DNA from: Prevotella sp.
GTDB taxonomy: Bacteria > Bacteroidota > Bacteroidia > Bacteroidales > Bacteroidaceae
DNA: 56,625 nt
NCBI GenBank assembly: GCA_017617725.1
Contig: JAFZVR010000030.1
Coordinates: 1-56,625 of the forward strand
Direction of reading: 5' to 3'
Under the pieces are notes generated by a model, which worked only from the letters and a program-made list of their open reading frames with translations, ran no database searches and was not told where the DNA came from. Numbering within the stretch: the first letter of the stretch is position 1; each line of letters begins with the position of its first letter. Below, piece after piece: positions 10,828 to 19,884 of this stretch. The position numbers and the translations under genes were made by a program.

Positions 10828-11727
10828 ATGAAAAAGATTAGAGCAGCCGTAGTAGGCTACGGCAACATTGGAAAGTATGCAATCGAAGCATTAGAGGCAG
10901 CACCCGATTTTGAAATTGCAGGTGTTGTACGTCGTCAGGGTAGCGCAAACAAGCCGGCAGAGCTTGCTGACTATGAGGTGGTGAAGGATATTCGTGAGCT
11001 TAAGAATGTCGATGTGGCAATCCTTGCTACACCAACTCGTTCATGCCCGGAATATGCCAAACAAATTCTCCCATTAGGCATAAATACTGTCGATTCCTTC
11101 GACATTCACACCAGTATACTTGATTATCGCACGGAGCTGATGCCAATCAATAAAGAAACTAATACTGTTAGTGTTATCGCTGCTGGTTGGGACCCAGGTT
11201 CTGACTCTATTGTGCGTACTCTTATGGAGAGTCTTGCGCCAAAAGGACTCAGCTACACTAATTTCGGCCCTGGTATGTCAATGGGTCATAGTGTGTGTGT
11301 ACGTTCTAAGAAAGGTGTGAAAAATGCTCTTTCAATGACAATTCCTCTTGGTGAGGGCATTCACCGCCGTATGGTTTATGTAGAATTGGAGGATGGTGCC
11401 AGCCTCGAAGAGGTGACAAAGGCTATTAAGGCCGATCCTTATTTTGCTCATGATGAGACGCACGTTTTTGCTGTTCCTTCTGTTGATGCTGTACGTGACA
11501 TGGGTCATGGTGTGCATCTGGTACGCAAGGGTGTCAGTGGCAAGACTCAGAACCAGCGTATGGAATTCTCTATGAGCATCAATAACCCGGCTCTGACAGC
11601 TCAGATTCTTGTCAATGTTGCACGTGCTACCAAGCGCCTGCAGCCAGGATGTTACACAATGGTGGAGATTCCTGTCATCGATATGCTGCCAGGTGAGCGC
11701 GAAGACTTGATACCTTGTTTAGTTTAA
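10828..11727 (+). CDS. ddh: meso-diaminopimelate D-dehydrogenase
   Basis: VGYGNIG Rossmann motif; NTVDSFDIH, GWDPG and TNFGPGMSMGHS motifs. Confidence 0.93.
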   Translation: MKKIRAAVVGYGNIGKYAIEALEAAPDFEIAGVVRRQGSANKPAELADYEVVKDIRELKNVDVAILATPTRSCPEYAKQILPLGINTVDSFDIHTSILDYRTELMPINKETNTVSVIAAGWDPGSDSIVRTLMESLAPKGLSYTNFGPGMSMGHSVCVRSKKGVKNALSMTIPLGEGIHRRMVYVELEDGASLEEVTKAIKADPYFAHDETHVFAVPSVDAVRDMGHGVHLVRKGVSGKTQNQRMEFSMSINNPALTAQILVNVARATKRLQPGCYTMVEIPVIDMLPGEREDLIPCLV

Positions 11728-11755
11728 AGAGCACTGCGCTCTTTTTCAGATAACT

Positions 11756-11793
11756 CCGAGTACTCAGATTATTCCGAGTATTCGGTTTTTTTT
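11756..11793 (+). terminator. Terminator after ddh
   Basis: CCGAGTACTC...GAGTATTCGG stem followed by a T run. Confidence 0.7.
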
Positions 11794-11813
11794 GCGTCTA
11801 CTCCCAGATTCCT

Positions 11814-11888
11814 GCAATCGTTTGCGCAACTTTTTGTTAAGAAATACTACGAAAACGTTTACGGTGTAATTGATACGGAATATCTTTG
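11814..11888 (+). promoter_or_regulatory. Amylase promoter with LacI-type operators
   Basis: GCAATCGTTTGC (11814-11825), CGAAAACGTTTACG (11850-11863) and -7 element TATCTTTG (11881-11888). Confidence 0.6.
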
Positions 11889-11966
11889 CACCATAATATA
11901 TAAATATCTAATAACCTACAACGTTTAACGTATATCGTTAACGGAAAACAAAAAAACTACAAGTAT

Positions 11967-13967
11967 ATGCGACGCTTATTAACCTTTATTCTGACATTGA
12001 TTTTTATTTCAACCGTAGCACATGGTGCTGCTGGTTGGCCTGCTAACTATGGTGGTGTAATGTTACAGGGATTCTATTGGGATTCCTTTGAAGAAACGCA
12101 GTGGATAAATCTTACAGCTCAGGCAGACGAGCTGTCAAAGTATTTCGACCTTATATGGGTACCCAATGCTGGTAACTGCCGTGAACAGGGAATGGGTTAT
12201 AAGCCTGTCTATTGGTTCCAGAACTATAATAGCTCATTCGGAACCAAGGCAAAATTGCTCGAAATGATAAAAACCTATAAGGAGAAAAATGTTGGTATCC
12301 TCATGGATGTTGTCATCAATCATAAGTCACCTCTCGGACAGAATGACAGCTGGATAGACTTTGTCAATGAGAAGTTCTATCTTGATGGTGAGTTGCAGTC
12401 AATCACCTGGAGTGGTGCAGATATCTGCAGGAACGATGACGGTGGTGATACTGCCAATCACGGCTTTGAAGTAACTGGTGCCGATGATACTGGTGAGGAC
12501 TTTTCTGGTGCACGCGACCTCGATCATACGAGTGAAAACGTACAAAAAAACTGTAAGCTCTACTGTCAGTACTTGCTCAAGGAGCTTGGTTTCGCAGGCT
12601 TCCGCCTCGATATGGTGAAAGGCTATGGCGGTCAGTTCACAAAGATATACAACGAAGCCAGCAACCCAGAGTTCTGTGTCGGTGAATATTGGGATTCTTA
12701 TAGCAAAGTTGTTGATTGGATAAACTCAACTGGCAAAACCTCTGCAGCCTTCGACTTCCCGTTGAAATGGGAGATAAACAAGGCTTTTGCCGATGGTGAC
12801 TGGGGAGCACTTAATGACCTTGGAAGTAAAGGTTTGTCAGGAGGTAATTATAGCCGTTACAGTGTGTCATTCATTGACAACCACGACACCGGTCGTGAAC
12901 TTGACAAGAAGCTGAGGAGTAATGTCCTTGCAGCCAACGCGTTCATCCTCGCATTGCCTGGCACCCCGTGTATCTTCCTTAAGCACTGGATGGCATACAA
13001 TGTAAGTATCGGCAACATGATTCTTGCTCGTAAGGCAGCAGGTGTTACCAATCAGAGCCCTATCATTGAACAGGGACAGCAGCCTGGTGGTTATGCTGTT
13101 AAGGTTCAAGGCTCAAAAGGAACGGTCCTTTGCATCAGTGGATATGTTGAGAACTACAATACTTCAGGCTTTACGCTCATAAGTTCAGGACAGAATTATG
13201 CTTATTTCGTTAGCAACAATGTCACGGTAGAAGGTCTGAACACTACTGACGAGGATCCGGGTGAGACCATCTTCGGAGATGCTTGCAATATATATGTGGT
13301 AGCAGATGAAGCACCATATCTCTATGCATGGAATGACGAGTATGAGCTCAATGGCACTTGGCCTGGAACACAGATGACAGAGACAGAAGTTGTCGATGGT
13401 CAGGAGTTCTATAAGGCTACTATCAAGAGCGACGGTCCTTATAACATCATCTTTAGTAATGGTAAAGGCGACCAGACAGCTGATATCACAGGACTGGAAG
13501 GTGACAATTACTTCACATATAACGGTTCCACAGGCTATGCTGTCTATGGTGAGGAGATTCCTACCAAGACCGTGATATATGTTGAGGCGGCACAGGCACC
13601 ATATCTCTATGCATGGGATGGAAGTGGTACGCTCAATGGCGAATGGCCTGGAACAAAGATGACGGAGACCATCACAGCTCATGGTAAGACTTGGTGGGTT
13701 AAGGAGTTCGATGTAACACCTATTAATATCATCTTCAACGATGGTAATGGTAATCAGACCGAAGACATTAAAGGTGTAACAGGTTACAACTACTTCACCT
13801 ATGACGGTAGTACTGGCTTTACCACAAGCATAAATACTGTATCTCTCGACTCTCGACTCTCGACTCTCGACCCGACAAAGTCGATGTACAACCTCGCCGG
13901 GCAGCGTGTCAGCAACACGTACAAGGGCATTGTTATCCAAAACGGCAAAAAATATATAATAAAATAA
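11967..13967 (+). CDS. Secreted GH13 alpha-amylase with two CBM26-like starch-binding repeats and a T9SS C-terminal domain
   Basis: Signal peptide; MLQGFYW, DVVINH, GFRLDMVKG, VGEYWD and FIDNHD GH13 regions; 2x PYLYAW..LNG.WPG..MT...IIF..G.G.QT.DI; CTD YNLAGQRV..YKGIVIQNGKKYIIK. Confidence 0.9.
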   Translation: MRRLLTFILTLIFISTVAHGAAGWPANYGGVMLQGFYWDSFEETQWINLTAQADELSKYFDLIWVPNAGNCREQGMGYKPVYWFQNYNSSFGTKAKLLEMIKTYKEKNVGILMDVVINHKSPLGQNDSWIDFVNEKFYLDGELQSITWSGADICRNDDGGDTANHGFEVTGADDTGEDFSGARDLDHTSENVQKNCKLYCQYLLKELGFAGFRLDMVKGYGGQFTKIYNEASNPEFCVGEYWDSYSKVVDWINSTGKTSAAFDFPLKWEINKAFADGDWGALNDLGSKGLSGGNYSRYSVSFIDNHDTGRELDKKLRSNVLAANAFILALPGTPCIFLKHWMAYNVSIGNMILARKAAGVTNQSPIIEQGQQPGGYAVKVQGSKGTVLCISGYVENYNTSGFTLISSGQNYAYFVSNNVTVEGLNTTDEDPGETIFGDACNIYVVADEAPYLYAWNDEYELNGTWPGTQMTETEVVDGQEFYKATIKSDGPYNIIFSNGKGDQTADITGLEGDNYFTYNGSTGYAVYGEEIPTKTVIYVEAAQAPYLYAWDGSGTLNGEWPGTKMTETITAHGKTWWVKEFDVTPINIIFNDGNGNQTEDIKGVTGYNYFTYDGSTGFTTSINTVSLDSRLSTLDPTKSMYNLAGQRVSNTYKGIVIQNGKKYIIK

Positions 13968-14008
13968 CATTATTAATAACCGCACTCGCCACCTAATAGT
14001 AATTATAC

Positions 14009-14044
14009 GCCCCTCCCGAATGGGAGGGGAGGGGGGGGGGTCCT
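14009..14044 (+). repeat. REP-like palindrome CCCCTCCC-N4-GGGAGGGG with G-rich tail
   Basis: Related copies at 21435, 33593, 41721 and 46921. Confidence 0.7.
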
Positions 14045-14058
14045 AAAACCAATCAATT

Positions 14059-14910
14059 ATGAAGAAAATTTTTACTCTTATTGTAGTTGCCATGATGGCA
14101 GTAACAACACAAGCAGCCGTTACAATCTATGTAAAGGCAGATGTTGCCCCATATCTTTGGGCATGGAACTCTCAGGGAAACATTTTTTCAGTAAGCTGGC
14201 CTGGTGTTACAATGACAGATTTTTCTTATGTCCAAGGTACTAAATTCTGGACATATACCTTTGGTGATGAGGTAGTAACTCCAATCAGTATCATCTTCAA
14301 TGATGGCAATGGCAAACAGACAGGAAATATCACTGGTATTACAACTGACCATTATTTCACCTATGACGGTGCAACGTCTTACGAAGATGTCACAGAACAG
14401 TATGGCGGTGTTATACCTGATGCAGATATTGAGATGGTGACTCTCGCTGGTCCTTTCAATAGTTGGAATAGCACCTCAAATGTATTCACAGAGGTAAAGC
14501 ATAATGCCAAGTACACCTACGAGTGGGACATTGAGGGTATAGACGATCCAACATTCAAGGTTGTTGTTAACGGTAGCGACTGGCTTGGCTTCTGGAGTTT
14601 CGGCGATTCACAGGAGCGTCTGATTGCACCTGAACTCTGGGTAATGGAAGGAGCTGATAGTGAAAACATGATGTTCGACACAACTATGATGCCAGGTGTT
14701 ACGAAGGTACTGTTCACTGCAGAGTGGGTCGTTGGTAAGAAGGCTGACCAGAATTGGACCCTTACCATCACTGATGCTACCACTGGTATCAATGCCATTA
14801 CTACAACTACAACCAAGAACAGCCAGCGTTACAACCTCGCTGGTCAGAAGGTTGGCAACAGCTACAAGGGCATCGTTATCCAAAATGGTAAGAAGTTCAT
14901 TCAGAAATAA
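14059..14910 (+). CDS. Non-catalytic secreted starch-binding protein (CBM26-like plus SusE/X25-like domain), T9SS CTD
   Basis: Signal peptide; PYLWAW..WPG..IIFNDGNGKQT; LAGPFNSW..FKVVVNGSDW; T9SS tail. Confidence 0.75.
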   Translation: MKKIFTLIVVAMMAVTTQAAVTIYVKADVAPYLWAWNSQGNIFSVSWPGVTMTDFSYVQGTKFWTYTFGDEVVTPISIIFNDGNGKQTGNITGITTDHYFTYDGATSYEDVTEQYGGVIPDADIEMVTLAGPFNSWNSTSNVFTEVKHNAKYTYEWDIEGIDDPTFKVVVNGSDWLGFWSFGDSQERLIAPELWVMEGADSENMMFDTTMMPGVTKVLFTAEWVVGKKADQNWTLTITDATTGINAITTTTTKNSQRYNLAGQKVGNSYKGIVIQNGKKFIQK

Positions 14911-14933
14911 AGGGTAAGTAGTTTTACAAGTAG

Positions 14934-14981
14934 AAGGAGTGTCGGGTGTTCCGCAGTGGTGGATGTCTGGCACTCCCTTTT
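14934..14981 (+). terminator. Terminator hairpin
   Basis: GGAGTGTCGGGTGTTC...GGATGTCTGGCACTCC stem with GU pairs, then TTTT. Confidence 0.7.
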
Positions 14982-15047
14982 CATTGTAAAAATCACTTTT
15001 TAGTAAAAAAAACTTCGTTTTTGTATACGTCGTAAATAAAAAAATAG

Positions 15048-15073
15048 TACTTTTGATGCCGAAAACGTTTACG
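15048..15073 (+). promoter_or_regulatory. Promoter -7 element plus LacI-type operator
   Basis: TACTTTTG followed by CGAAAACGTTTACG (15060-15073), identical to 11850-11863. Confidence 0.6.
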
Positions 15074-15082
15074 TTAAGCCAA

Positions 15083-15143
15083 AAGAGTAGAGTGAAACTT
15101 GTTTCGACTATGCCTTGGCGAGTAAAGGTCGAATGAAATTCAA
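15083..15143 (+). repeat. Short dispersed element related to the 19230-19364 insertion
   Basis: Shares GACTAT.CC, CC.TGGCGAG and terminal TCGAATG.AATTCAA with 19230-19364. Confidence 0.55.
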
Positions 15144-15197
15144 TCGTTTATGAAAAGATATAATACCATTAATATTAATAACTAAAAACAAAAACCT

Positions 15198-17657
15198 ATG
15201 AAAAAAAGATTACTAACCTTATTGCTAATGGCACTGATGGTTTCGTTCAGTGCATTCGCTGATGATACGTGGACAATAGTTGGCGACAACACAGATGTTC
15301 TGGGGTCATCTTGGAATGTGGAAGACACCGGCAATGATATGACTTTTATCGGTGACAATGTATGGAGACTGGTGAAATCGGTAAATTTGGCTTCGGCTAC
15401 AACATTGGAATATAAAGTTGCAAAAGACCATTCTTGGGATACCAATTATGGAAAGGATGAATTATTAAACGGAGATAACATCTCTGTTTCTTTGGAAGCA
15501 GGAACTTACGACCTCGTTTTTACATTTCACAGTGACACTCATGCTCTTAGCGCAAACTATAGTTATACGATTGTTGCGGGTGACGCTATAATTAATGGAA
15601 ACGATGCGTGGACTACGACAGCAACAGCTAATGATATGATTAGGGTTAATTATGACCTTTACAAACTTACGGTTAAGGATGTGGAACTTACAGCAGGCGA
15701 TTACGAGTATAAGGTAATCGCAAACCACGCATGGTCAGTATGGGAAGTTCCGTCATCTGGCAATCAGACTTTGACCATTTCTGAAGATGGCACTTATGAT
15801 ATCATCTACACTTTGGTTCCTAGTACCTCTACTCTCACCGCTGTAGCCTTGAAACAGAATACATACACCATTGTTGGTGATGCTCCCCTGGTAAGTGGTG
15901 ATGCATGGACTCCATCTAATCATGCGAATGACATGACGAAGGATGCTGACAATGTTAAACAGTATACCCTACAGCTGACAGGTCGAAAAATACCTGCTGG
16001 AACATATTATTATAAGACGGTTTATAACGAAGCATGGTGGCCATGTGTGCCAAATAGTAACAACGCCTCTTTGGTGGTCGCAGAAGATGGCGTATACACC
16101 ATTGATTATACATTGACTTTGGGCGATAATGCCAATGGCTCTGATGCGACTCTAAATGCTGTCGCAACGAAGACGGCCTCTGCTACATATCCTTCAAATT
16201 GGCTTGTTGTTGGTTCTGAGGGACTTACTGGTTACAATTGGGATGTTACAGGCGCTCATAACGTCATGACTGAAAATGGTGATGGTACAGTATCACTAAC
16301 GTTTAGCAATCTTGCATTAACAACAGATGGTACATATAAATTTAAGGTCGTACATAATTTCTATGAAGGAGAAACTCCTCTTTATTCTTATTGGTATCCT
16401 ACTGATGACCAGGTGGTTTCTGTTTCAGCGAATGGTAATTATGACGTCACAATCACCTACAATCCCGCAACTAACGTAGTTACCCAGAGCGTGACAGTGG
16501 CTGAACAAACCTACACAGTCGCTATCGCAGACCCTGGATGGGGTGAAGTATGGGCTTATGTTTGGACAGGTGAAACTCCTATTGCAGGCGTATGGCCAGG
16601 TACTCAACTGACAAAGTCTGGTGACAACTATGTATACACATATACAGGTACAACAATGCCATCTGGTCTTATCTTTAACAATGGTGATGGCAATGGTATC
16701 CAGACTCCAGACCTTGCATTTGTTAATGGTAAGACATATACCGATGTTTGGACAATCATGGGCGCTACACAGAATGCATCATGGGAGGATTACGCAACAG
16801 AGCCGATCTTTGGTACAAAATGGACAGCTGACGTAGCAGGTAACGATATGACATCTGCTGATGGAAAGACATGGACATGGACTAAGAATAATGTTGCCTT
16901 AGAGGCTAATACACATATTAAGTACAAAGCAACATACAGTCATTGTGGCACAGATTATGTTGTAGGTAGTACTGGCGGAGATGGAATGAAGGTCCTTGAC
17001 ATTTTAATCGCAGGAAAGTATGATATTACCTTCACCTTCACAAGAGATGGCAATAGTTCCGCAGTTACTGCAACAGCTACCAAGACATCTGAGGCTGTAA
17101 CCATCGGTGCTTCCGGTTGGGCAACTACCGTTACCAACAGTGCACTTGACTTCTCTGGACTGACAGAAAGCTTCAAGGCCTACACGGCAACTCTGGACGG
17201 AACAACTGTTTCGCTTAATGAAGTTGCTGACGTACAGGCAGAGACTGGTCTTGTACTGAAAGGTACCGCAGGAACTTATTATGCTCCTGTAATAACTGAG
17301 TCTGAAACCGCTAAGGGAGACTTGCAGTTCTCTTCAATATATTCATTTACAGTTAACGATGATGGTAGTGATTATTACTGCTACGGTCTCCATCTTGTAG
17401 GTGAAAATGCTCAATTTGCCAAGATTAAAAATGGACAAGTAATTCCTGCGCAGAAAGCATTCTTGATGGTTGGTAAGAGTGTAGGTGCTCGTGAACTCTC
17501 TATTGCTTTCGGTGACGAGACTACTTCAATTTCTAACCTTAATGCTAACGGTAACCTTAATGACAATGCTACACGTTACAACCTCGCAGGTCAGAAGGTT
17601 AGCGACTCTTACAAGGGTATCGTGATAGTGAATGGTAAAAAGTACATTAATAAGTAA
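15198..17657 (+). CDS. Non-catalytic multimodular starch-binding protein (X25/SusE-like repeats plus CBM26-like), pre-CTD domain, T9SS CTD
   Basis: Signal peptide; about 5 repeats of (W/Y)TIVG..W....NDMT...YKV..H.W...G.YD.; VWAYVW..WPG..IFNNG..QT; T9SS tail; no catalytic motif seen. Confidence 0.72.
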   Translation: MKKRLLTLLLMALMVSFSAFADDTWTIVGDNTDVLGSSWNVEDTGNDMTFIGDNVWRLVKSVNLASATTLEYKVAKDHSWDTNYGKDELLNGDNISVSLEAGTYDLVFTFHSDTHALSANYSYTIVAGDAIINGNDAWTTTATANDMIRVNYDLYKLTVKDVELTAGDYEYKVIANHAWSVWEVPSSGNQTLTISEDGTYDIIYTLVPSTSTLTAVALKQNTYTIVGDAPLVSGDAWTPSNHANDMTKDADNVKQYTLQLTGRKIPAGTYYYKTVYNEAWWPCVPNSNNASLVVAEDGVYTIDYTLTLGDNANGSDATLNAVATKTASATYPSNWLVVGSEGLTGYNWDVTGAHNVMTENGDGTVSLTFSNLALTTDGTYKFKVVHNFYEGETPLYSYWYPTDDQVVSVSANGNYDVTITYNPATNVVTQSVTVAEQTYTVAIADPGWGEVWAYVWTGETPIAGVWPGTQLTKSGDNYVYTYTGTTMPSGLIFNNGDGNGIQTPDLAFVNGKTYTDVWTIMGATQNASWEDYATEPIFGTKWTADVAGNDMTSADGKTWTWTKNNVALEANTHIKYKATYSHCGTDYVVGSTGGDGMKVLDILIAGKYDITFTFTRDGNSSAVTATATKTSEAVTIGASGWATTVTNSALDFSGLTESFKAYTATLDGTTVSLNEVADVQAETGLVLKGTAGTYYAPVITESETAKGDLQFSSIYSFTVNDDGSDYYCYGLHLVGENAQFAKIKNGQVIPAQKAFLMVGKSVGARELSIAFGDETTSISNLNANGNLNDNATRYNLAGQKVSDSYKGIVIVNGKKYINK

Positions 17658-17677
17658 AACACGGGAGGACAAAGATT

Positions 17678-17893
17678 ATGAAAAAGACATATATATTCCC
17701 AAACACTGAAATTCACGTAATACACCTTACGCATATGATAGCTACCAGCGTAGACGGATTTACATCATCACTCGATGACAGCACTGAAATAGAATCGGGC
17801 GATTTGTTAAGCCGTGAATCCAATAACTTCTGGGGCTCTGACGATTCAGAAAATGGCGGTGGTAGCTCAGCATTTAACATCTGGGAAGACTAA
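17678..17893 (+). CDS. Small acidic peptide (71 aa), MKKTYIFP...WED family
   Basis: Starts 20 bp after the upstream stop; same architecture as 41514-41687 and 46969-47121. Confidence 0.75.
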   Translation: MKKTYIFPNTEIHVIHLTHMIATSVDGFTSSLDDSTEIESGDLLSRESNNFWGSDDSENGGGSSAFNIWED

Positions 17894-17912
17894 GGACGGA
17901 GTCCTATAAAAA

Positions 17913-17941
17913 GGTTATGGGTTATTGGTTATGGGTTATGG
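17913..17941 (+). repeat. 7-bp tandem repeat (GGTTATG) x4
   Basis: ggttatg ggttatt ggttatg ggttatg. Confidence 0.75.
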
Positions 17942-17999
17942 AAAAGCCTATGCTGTAAACCGAAAACAGGACCTGTAACCAACAAACCTTTAGAGATTC

Positions 18000-18035
18000 A
18001 CACTCCCTGTTCACCTTGTGGTGGACAGGGAGTGT
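18000..18035. terminator. 16-bp stem hairpin, possible terminator
   Basis: ACACTCCCTGTTCACC ttgt GGTGGACAGGGAGTGT; only a weak T tail. Confidence 0.5.
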
Positions 18036-18344
18036 AGTTTCGCTTATTCCGTATTCCTCCACACTCACGTATCCCCTTGTTGTGTATATCCAGTACCAAA
18101 GTGTTGTGCACATAAATTTACTGAATGAAAACACAAAAATTTCTTGTTATATCAAAATAATTAGTATTTTTGCAGCTACAAGGCTAAAGAAAGGAAATGC
18201 TTATGACAGTTCCACTGATTTCATGAGTTATCATAAGGATATTACTCATAAGGTAATCAGTGACATAGAAGGTACGGGTTATTTAAGCATTTATTTGTCT
18301 AAAACCTATAGAGGCTTTACGGTCTAAAACAAACAACTATCACC

Positions 18345-19229
18345 ATGGAAACAAGAGTTCTACATGAGATAACACCACTGAGCGAGCATGACTTCATGTA
18401 TGTGGCTGACCGCCACAAGAAAGAGTTTGACTATCCTATCCATCAGCATGATATTTTTGAATTGAATTTCGTGGCTGGTGGTGCTGGCTGCCGCCGTGTG
18501 GTAGGTGACTCAAGTGAAGTGATAGGAGACATAGACCTTGTGCTCATAACGAGTTCCGACTTGGAACATGTGTGGGAGCAGCACGAATGCAAGAGTGAAG
18601 ATATTCATGAGATAACGGTGCAGTTTTATTTGGATTTTGACTCGCCAACATCCCCCTTCCGCACCAATCCCTATAAATCAATTTACAATATGCTTGTCAG
18701 AGCACGTCACGGACTGGCGTTCTCTCCAAAAGCAATCCTGACAGTCTATCACCGTATAGCTCGTCTGTCATCCATCAAAGAAGGCTTCTTTGCTGTTCAG
18801 GAATTGTTCTCAATACTGTATGAGTTGTCGAAATTCGATGACTCGCGTGAGTTGGCCTCTTCTGCTTTTGCCAAGGTGACGGCAGACAGTGACTCGCGAC
18901 GTATATTAAAGGTGAAGAACTATATAGGTGAGCACTATGGTGATGAGATGAGCTTAGCCCAGCTTGCCGATATGGTGGGGATGACTCCCACGTCGTTCAG
19001 TCGCTATTTCAAATTACGTACGGGCAAGAACCTCAGTGAGTATATTGTTGATATTCGTTTGGGGTATGCTGCCAGAAGACTTGTTGATACAACAGACAGC
19101 GTAAGCGAGATATGCTGGACCACAGGGTTTAATACACTTAGTAACTTCAACCGCCTCTTCCGTAAACGTAAGGGATGTAACCCCACGGAGTTCCGGGAGA
19201 AATACCAGAAGACCAAGGTTATCGTTTAG
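18345..19229 (+). CDS. AraC family transcriptional regulator (cupin sensor plus HTH)
   Basis: FDYPIHQH..ELN cupin; LADMVGMTPTSFSRYFK and GFNTLSNFNRLFRKRKGCNPTEFR AraC HTH. Confidence 0.92.
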   Translation: METRVLHEITPLSEHDFMYVADRHKKEFDYPIHQHDIFELNFVAGGAGCRRVVGDSSEVIGDIDLVLITSSDLEHVWEQHECKSEDIHEITVQFYLDFDSPTSPFRTNPYKSIYNMLVRARHGLAFSPKAILTVYHRIARLSSIKEGFFAVQELFSILYELSKFDDSRELASSAFAKVTADSDSRRILKVKNYIGEHYGDEMSLAQLADMVGMTPTSFSRYFKLRTGKNLSEYIVDIRLGYAARRLVDTTDSVSEICWTTGFNTLSNFNRLFRKRKGCNPTEFREKYQKTKVIV

Positions 19230-19377
19230 CCAGACGGGTCATGTATGCTCGCAAACATGACCGTGGCGAGAACCGATAGAGCAGCGAGAGGAGAGCCGAA
19301 TGTATTCGGACTATCCCGAGTCGCGATAGAGGAAGACAATGTCAAAAGCTCGAATGTAATTCAAGGTTATCGTTTAG
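19214..19377 (+). mobile_element. About 130-bp non-coding insertion flanked by a 16-bp direct repeat duplicating the AraC gene 3' end
   Basis: CAAGGTTATCGTTTAG at 19214-19229 and 19362-19377. Confidence 0.6.
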
Positions 19378-19407
19378 TCCTTATTTGACGTCTGAGGGCG
19401 TTGTACC

Positions 19408-19505
19408 GACACTACCGCATAGCGGTATCGACGATACAACATAGTTGTATCATCAATACCACGCCGTGGTACTCCGAGTACCAGATAGTGTCTGAAATCT
19501 GGTAC
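19408..19505. repeat. Array of 15-bp palindromes at 22-bp period
   Basis: TACCGCATAGCGGTA (19413), TACAACATAGTTGTA (19435), TACCACGCCGTGGTA (19457), TACCAGA (19479). Confidence 0.75.
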
Positions 19506-19583
19506 AAAAAGACAACAACAATAAGTTCCCCTTGCCGCCGTTGGCTTCCCCCTCGCCTTACTCCCCTCCCACAAATATTTTTC

Positions 19584-19820
19584 AAAAACATCTGCTTATC
19601 TGTCACATCTGCAAGACCTCCTGTGTATCAGGGCGTTACACGTGACAGATAAGTGACAGATGTGACAGGTAAATTGGAAGTCGTCATGAAAAATCAGTCG
19701 GAAATAGCCGATTTTTTCTTGAGAGTTGAAAAAATCTGTCACATCTGTCACCTATCTGCAACCTGTATGTGTCTCATTATCAATGAGTCTTGCAGATGTG
19801 ACAGATAAGCAGATGTTTTT
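19584..19820. repeat. 237-bp element with perfect 34-bp terminal inverted repeats and internal GTGACAGAT iterons (MITE-like)
   Basis: AAAAACATCTGCTTATCTGTCACATCTGCAAGAC at 19584-19617; exact reverse complement at 19787-19820. Confidence 0.8.
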
Positions 19821-19884
19821 GCAAACTTTTTTGGAATGTAGTGCACACAAAACAGGTGCTGACATCTGACAATAATACGCAAAT

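Noticed and set aside
17678-17893. Lasso peptide or other RiPP precursor cluster, from the YxxP motif
   Set aside because: No RRE, B-protease, cyclase or radical SAM gene in the window; kept only as a motif analogy.
18016-18327. 103-aa plus-strand ORF before AraC (also 19401-19652 and 52101-52385)
   Set aside because: They span promoter, hairpin or repeat DNA and show no recognisable protein features.
19408-19505. CRISPR array (also 52187-52322)
   Set aside because: No identical repeats separated by unique 30-40 bp spacers, the period is only about 22 bp, and there are no cas genes.
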